A stretch of DNA of 63,575 nt, filler included, from Saprolegnia diclina VS20 (Eukaryota): assembly GCF_000281045.1 (NCBI RefSeq). It is 12 parts of 6 records of this genome, joined end to end, with 100 filler letters (N's around TTAATTAATTAA, not from the genome) between each part and the next. Parts side by side here need not be neighbours in the genome. Positions count along the whole stretch, not along the records: positions 60,521 to 61,823 come from NW_008246195.1; positions 61,924 to 63,575 come from NW_008246197.1; 10 more parts are not named here. One strand, written 5' to 3'. Below the pieces are notes generated by a model. It was not told the DNA's origin. It searched no databases and worked only from the letters and a program-made list of their open reading frames with translations. The position numbers were made by a program, and so were the translations under genes. Positions 60,523 through 63,575 of this stretch are shown in pieces; positions within the stretch are counted from its first letter, which is position 1; every line of letters begins with the position of its first letter.

Positions 60523-61823
60523 GCGGGTCAAAGTACGTCGACGCCGTCTGGTGTTGGTGGCAGTATCGCTGTCACCGGTGGCATCGGAGTTGCAACTGGC
60601 GGTGCTGCTCAAGTTACTTCCGGATCGAGTTCCGCCGGCTCGTCAGGCGTTTTGACATTGGCATCGGCTGCTTCCGGCACTGCTGGTGCCAGTGGAAGCG
60701 TGGCGTTGTCAAGTGGTTCGTCGTATGGTACCAGTGGTTTACTGACGATCGCAAGTGGCTCCTCATCAGCCGGAGCGGGCGGTGCCGTCTCAATTTCGGC
60801 CGGCACGGGCGCGGTCGGCGTCGGTGGAGCTGTGGCCATTGTCGCAGGCCAATCTGGCAACAACTATGGGGGGTCCTTGACTCTAACATCGGGGACAGGC
60901 TCAACATCGTCCAGCGGCAGCGTGTACATCAGTAGCGCGGACGCTGGAACGACAGGCGGCTCTGGCCTTCTCAGCTTTACCTCGGGTACATCGACAAGCG
61001 GCAACACCGGCAATTTGGTCTTTGGCACCGGTTTGGCGACGTCAGGGTATGGTGGCTCGATTGTGATGTCCGTGGGCTCCGGCAATTTGGGAACCGGCGG
61101 CAGTGTATTCATTACAGCCGGTGCGGGAACACAACCAACCACTGGTGTCGGTGGTGACGTTCTCCTTACGGCCGGCTCTGGCATCGCCACTGGCGGTGCT
61201 TTAGCTCTTACGTCGGGGGCGGCCAAGGTCTCGGGCTCTGTGTCGATTGCAACTGCGTCCAGCTCCGCAGGTTCCAGTGGTAGTGTCACAATCTCAAGCG
61301 GTACAGCCATTGGCGGCTCGAGCGGTGCCGTGTCGATCAACAGCGGCACCTCGACTTCTGGCGGCACTGGTGGCGCCGTCACCATCTCGGCTGGCAGCGG
61401 TGCGACAGGCGTTGGTGGCTCAGTCTCCCTTGCGGCAGGATTGTCCAAGGACAACTTTGGCGGCTCGTTGACGCTGCAGTCAGGCGCTGGCAGTGCGACA
61501 TCAAGTGGCAGCGTTTCGATCATGACTGCTGCCGGTGGTACAAGTGGTGTGAGCGGCTCGATTTCTCTTGCATCGGGCTCGACAACAGCTGGCAGCAGCG
61601 GTGCGATCCGGCTCTCGACGGGCGCTGCTACAAGTGGCGCTGGCGGAACCATTTCCCTCGTTGTTGGCTCGGCAACGTCTGGTGCGGGTGGTAGTATCTC
61701 ACTTACCGCTGGCTCAACAACCGCTTCAGCGCTTGGTGGGGCTCTCACTTTGACAGCGGGTGCAGGCAATGGTGTCGGTGGCAGCGTCCAAATCGCGGCC
61801 GGTGCATCAACAGCGACAGCCGG
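60523..61823 (+). CDS. Gly/Ser/Thr/Ala-rich repetitive protein (GGxVxIxxG repeats), internal fragment
   Basis: Open across the whole contig; recurring 15-17-aa units such as GGAVSISAGTGAVGV and SGSVSIATASSSAGS. Confidence 0.8.
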
Positions 61824-62028
61824 NNNNNNNNNNNNNNNNNNNNNNNNNNNNNNNNNNNNNNNNNNNNTTAATTAATTAANNNNNNNNNNNNNNNNNNNNN
61901 NNNNNNNNNNNNNNNNNNNNNNNGTTGAGTAGGTTCTTAGTAGTCTCTGACTGAGTATTCAGTATAAGGAATTTTGCGTCTCGAGTGAATACGTTTTCGT
62001 TCACCCACGACCGCCCCTGTAATGACAG

Positions 62029-63120
62029 CTAAAGGGACCGCTTGCGAGTAGTACTCAAGAGTGAGCTTGAGGCAGCTGCAACTTTTAGCTGGCTCCAGAG
62101 TATTCTATATAACGTTTTACCTCTACCAAGACCGAGCCACTTGGGGGCAACAACCGTGTTGGTGTCCGCCATGCCAGAGTGGGCGTGGCGGTCCCCCCAG
62201 AGATGACGCCATGCGGTTGGGGCCAATCGAGTTGTGAGGTCGGTGAGAGGTTGTTCGTTGATGCTGGTGTGTTTGTGAGTGCGTTCGGTGACTTCTTGCC
62301 GAGACAGCGAGGTCTGGCACGCTGCCACGACATAAGACCGTAGCACCGCCGTTTCGCCGTTTTGGAGCTAGTGCGTAGAGTAGTCTTTTTGGCACGCCGC
62401 AGCTACATTCTTGATCTCGCGCGATGCTGCTTCGCATTGTAGCGTCTGAGTTGCCGAAACGTCGCTCAACTTGGTGCTGAGCGAGATGTTGTTGTGGTGT
62501 GGGTAATGGCTCGATCCGTAGATGCACGTCTCGACATGTGCAGTTGATCTTGAGCCTTGGATGTGGATATGGACTTCCTTGCCTTGATGTCTTCTTGGTG
62601 CTTGAGCGTTCAATCCTTGTCGTCAAGAGACGTTGCGTCGTCGATTTCGAATGCACATGACTCGGGAGCTTGGGATGATGAGGGTCGAGGCATGCTCGCA
62701 CCTCAGCGAACAAGGCATTAATTGTTCAGCAACCAACTTCAATCACAATTTCTTAACCTCAGCACAGCAGCGAAGGAGATTGGCCACTGTGGCTGTGGGT
62801 GACGACATGTGCGATCCAGCAGAACGAGGTCAGACTGAAAAGGCTCGAGATGCGCTTCGAGATCGGGAAGGGATCCATCTTGGTCGAGCGCCAAGAAAAG
62901 GTGACAGCCAAGCAAAAGATCGAGCTTCTCTTCTGCTCTAGTCGAGCGCGTCGGGGCCGAGTTGACGGCGTTCGGCGAGCAGAAAAAGGCGCAGTACAGT
63001 GACTATTGCGACAAGCGCAAGTAGACGATCGAGTTTCATTCCCAGCGCGTGCGCGACCTTTTTCCGACGCAGGCTCAAGATGTGGACGCGAGAACTTGAC
63101 AGGGGACTACCTCGTAGGAT
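62029..63120 (-). mobile_element. Degenerate non-LTR (L1-like) ORF2 remnant, possibly the region before RT
   Basis: Fragmented frames; INEQPLT...VAPKWLGLGRGKTLYRILWSQL loosely resembles L..PIT...KAPGPDG...EFY..FW..L. Weak similarity only. Confidence 0.35.
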
Positions 63121-63575
63121 GTGGGTCGAATAGAACACAGGCATTGGCTATAATGCATTCTAGGAGCACAGGCATTGGCTGATTTTATTTATGAGGCACG
63201 TGCTGCTGCACAGGCATTGGCTTAAAATGAAATAATTCTATAACACTCGAAGTTCGTAGACAGCAAATTCGACAGCTTGGAAGCATGGGACGCGCGCCCT
63301 GTGATAGAGCCCCTGACGACCCGTTCGATCCATGGAGCCCAAAGCTGCATTGCCATCGACGGCGTCCGTGTTTGCGCGTCGTGCTGACGCCCCAGCAAGC
63401 ACACGCTATGTTGTGAGTACCATAGGAAGGCACCTCGCTCGCCGCCCCGCGCATAATCCGAGTCGTACAAGCCCCTAGAGAGGCTTCAGTCAGTCGCGTC
63501 GAGCTGCTGGTCGTCGAGCTGCCGGTCGTTGAGCCCGACAACAGTGCACGACCGACGGGCGGACGCCATGAGCTT

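Overview
Eukaryotic, mostly GC-rich, intron-containing DNA that looks like an oomycete of the Saprolegnia/Achlya type (inferred from the gene families and short GT-AG introns). The window is a string of about 12 unordered contigs joined by artificial N-TTAATTAATTAA-N linkers, so adjacency across a linker means nothing. Genes: two tandem myosins with PDZ-like tails, a coiled-coil protein with a CC1 box and two Spindly-like motifs, an F-box/TPR protein, three papain-family protease genes or fragments, a giant repeat-expanded CD36/croquemort-like receptor, a HECT E3 ligase, a GT8 glycosyltransferase, an ER-type TPR protein, dynein roadblock light chain, IQUB, AAAP and FBT transporters, a bacterial-like RarD, ankyrin genes, a GRDP/DUF1399 protein and a Gly/Ser-rich repeat protein. 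Mobile DNA: a full-length tRNA-derived SINE with a 12-bp TSD, a 5'-truncated L1-like insertion with a 19-bp TSD, a Tc2/pogo-like element inserted in a hairpin loop, and hAT/L1 relics. The top finding is a candidate TRAK/HAP1/BICD/Spindly-type dynein-activating adaptor that is fragmented by introns and so hidden in the ORF track. A 206-bp near-perfect fold-back lies between it and the second myosin.
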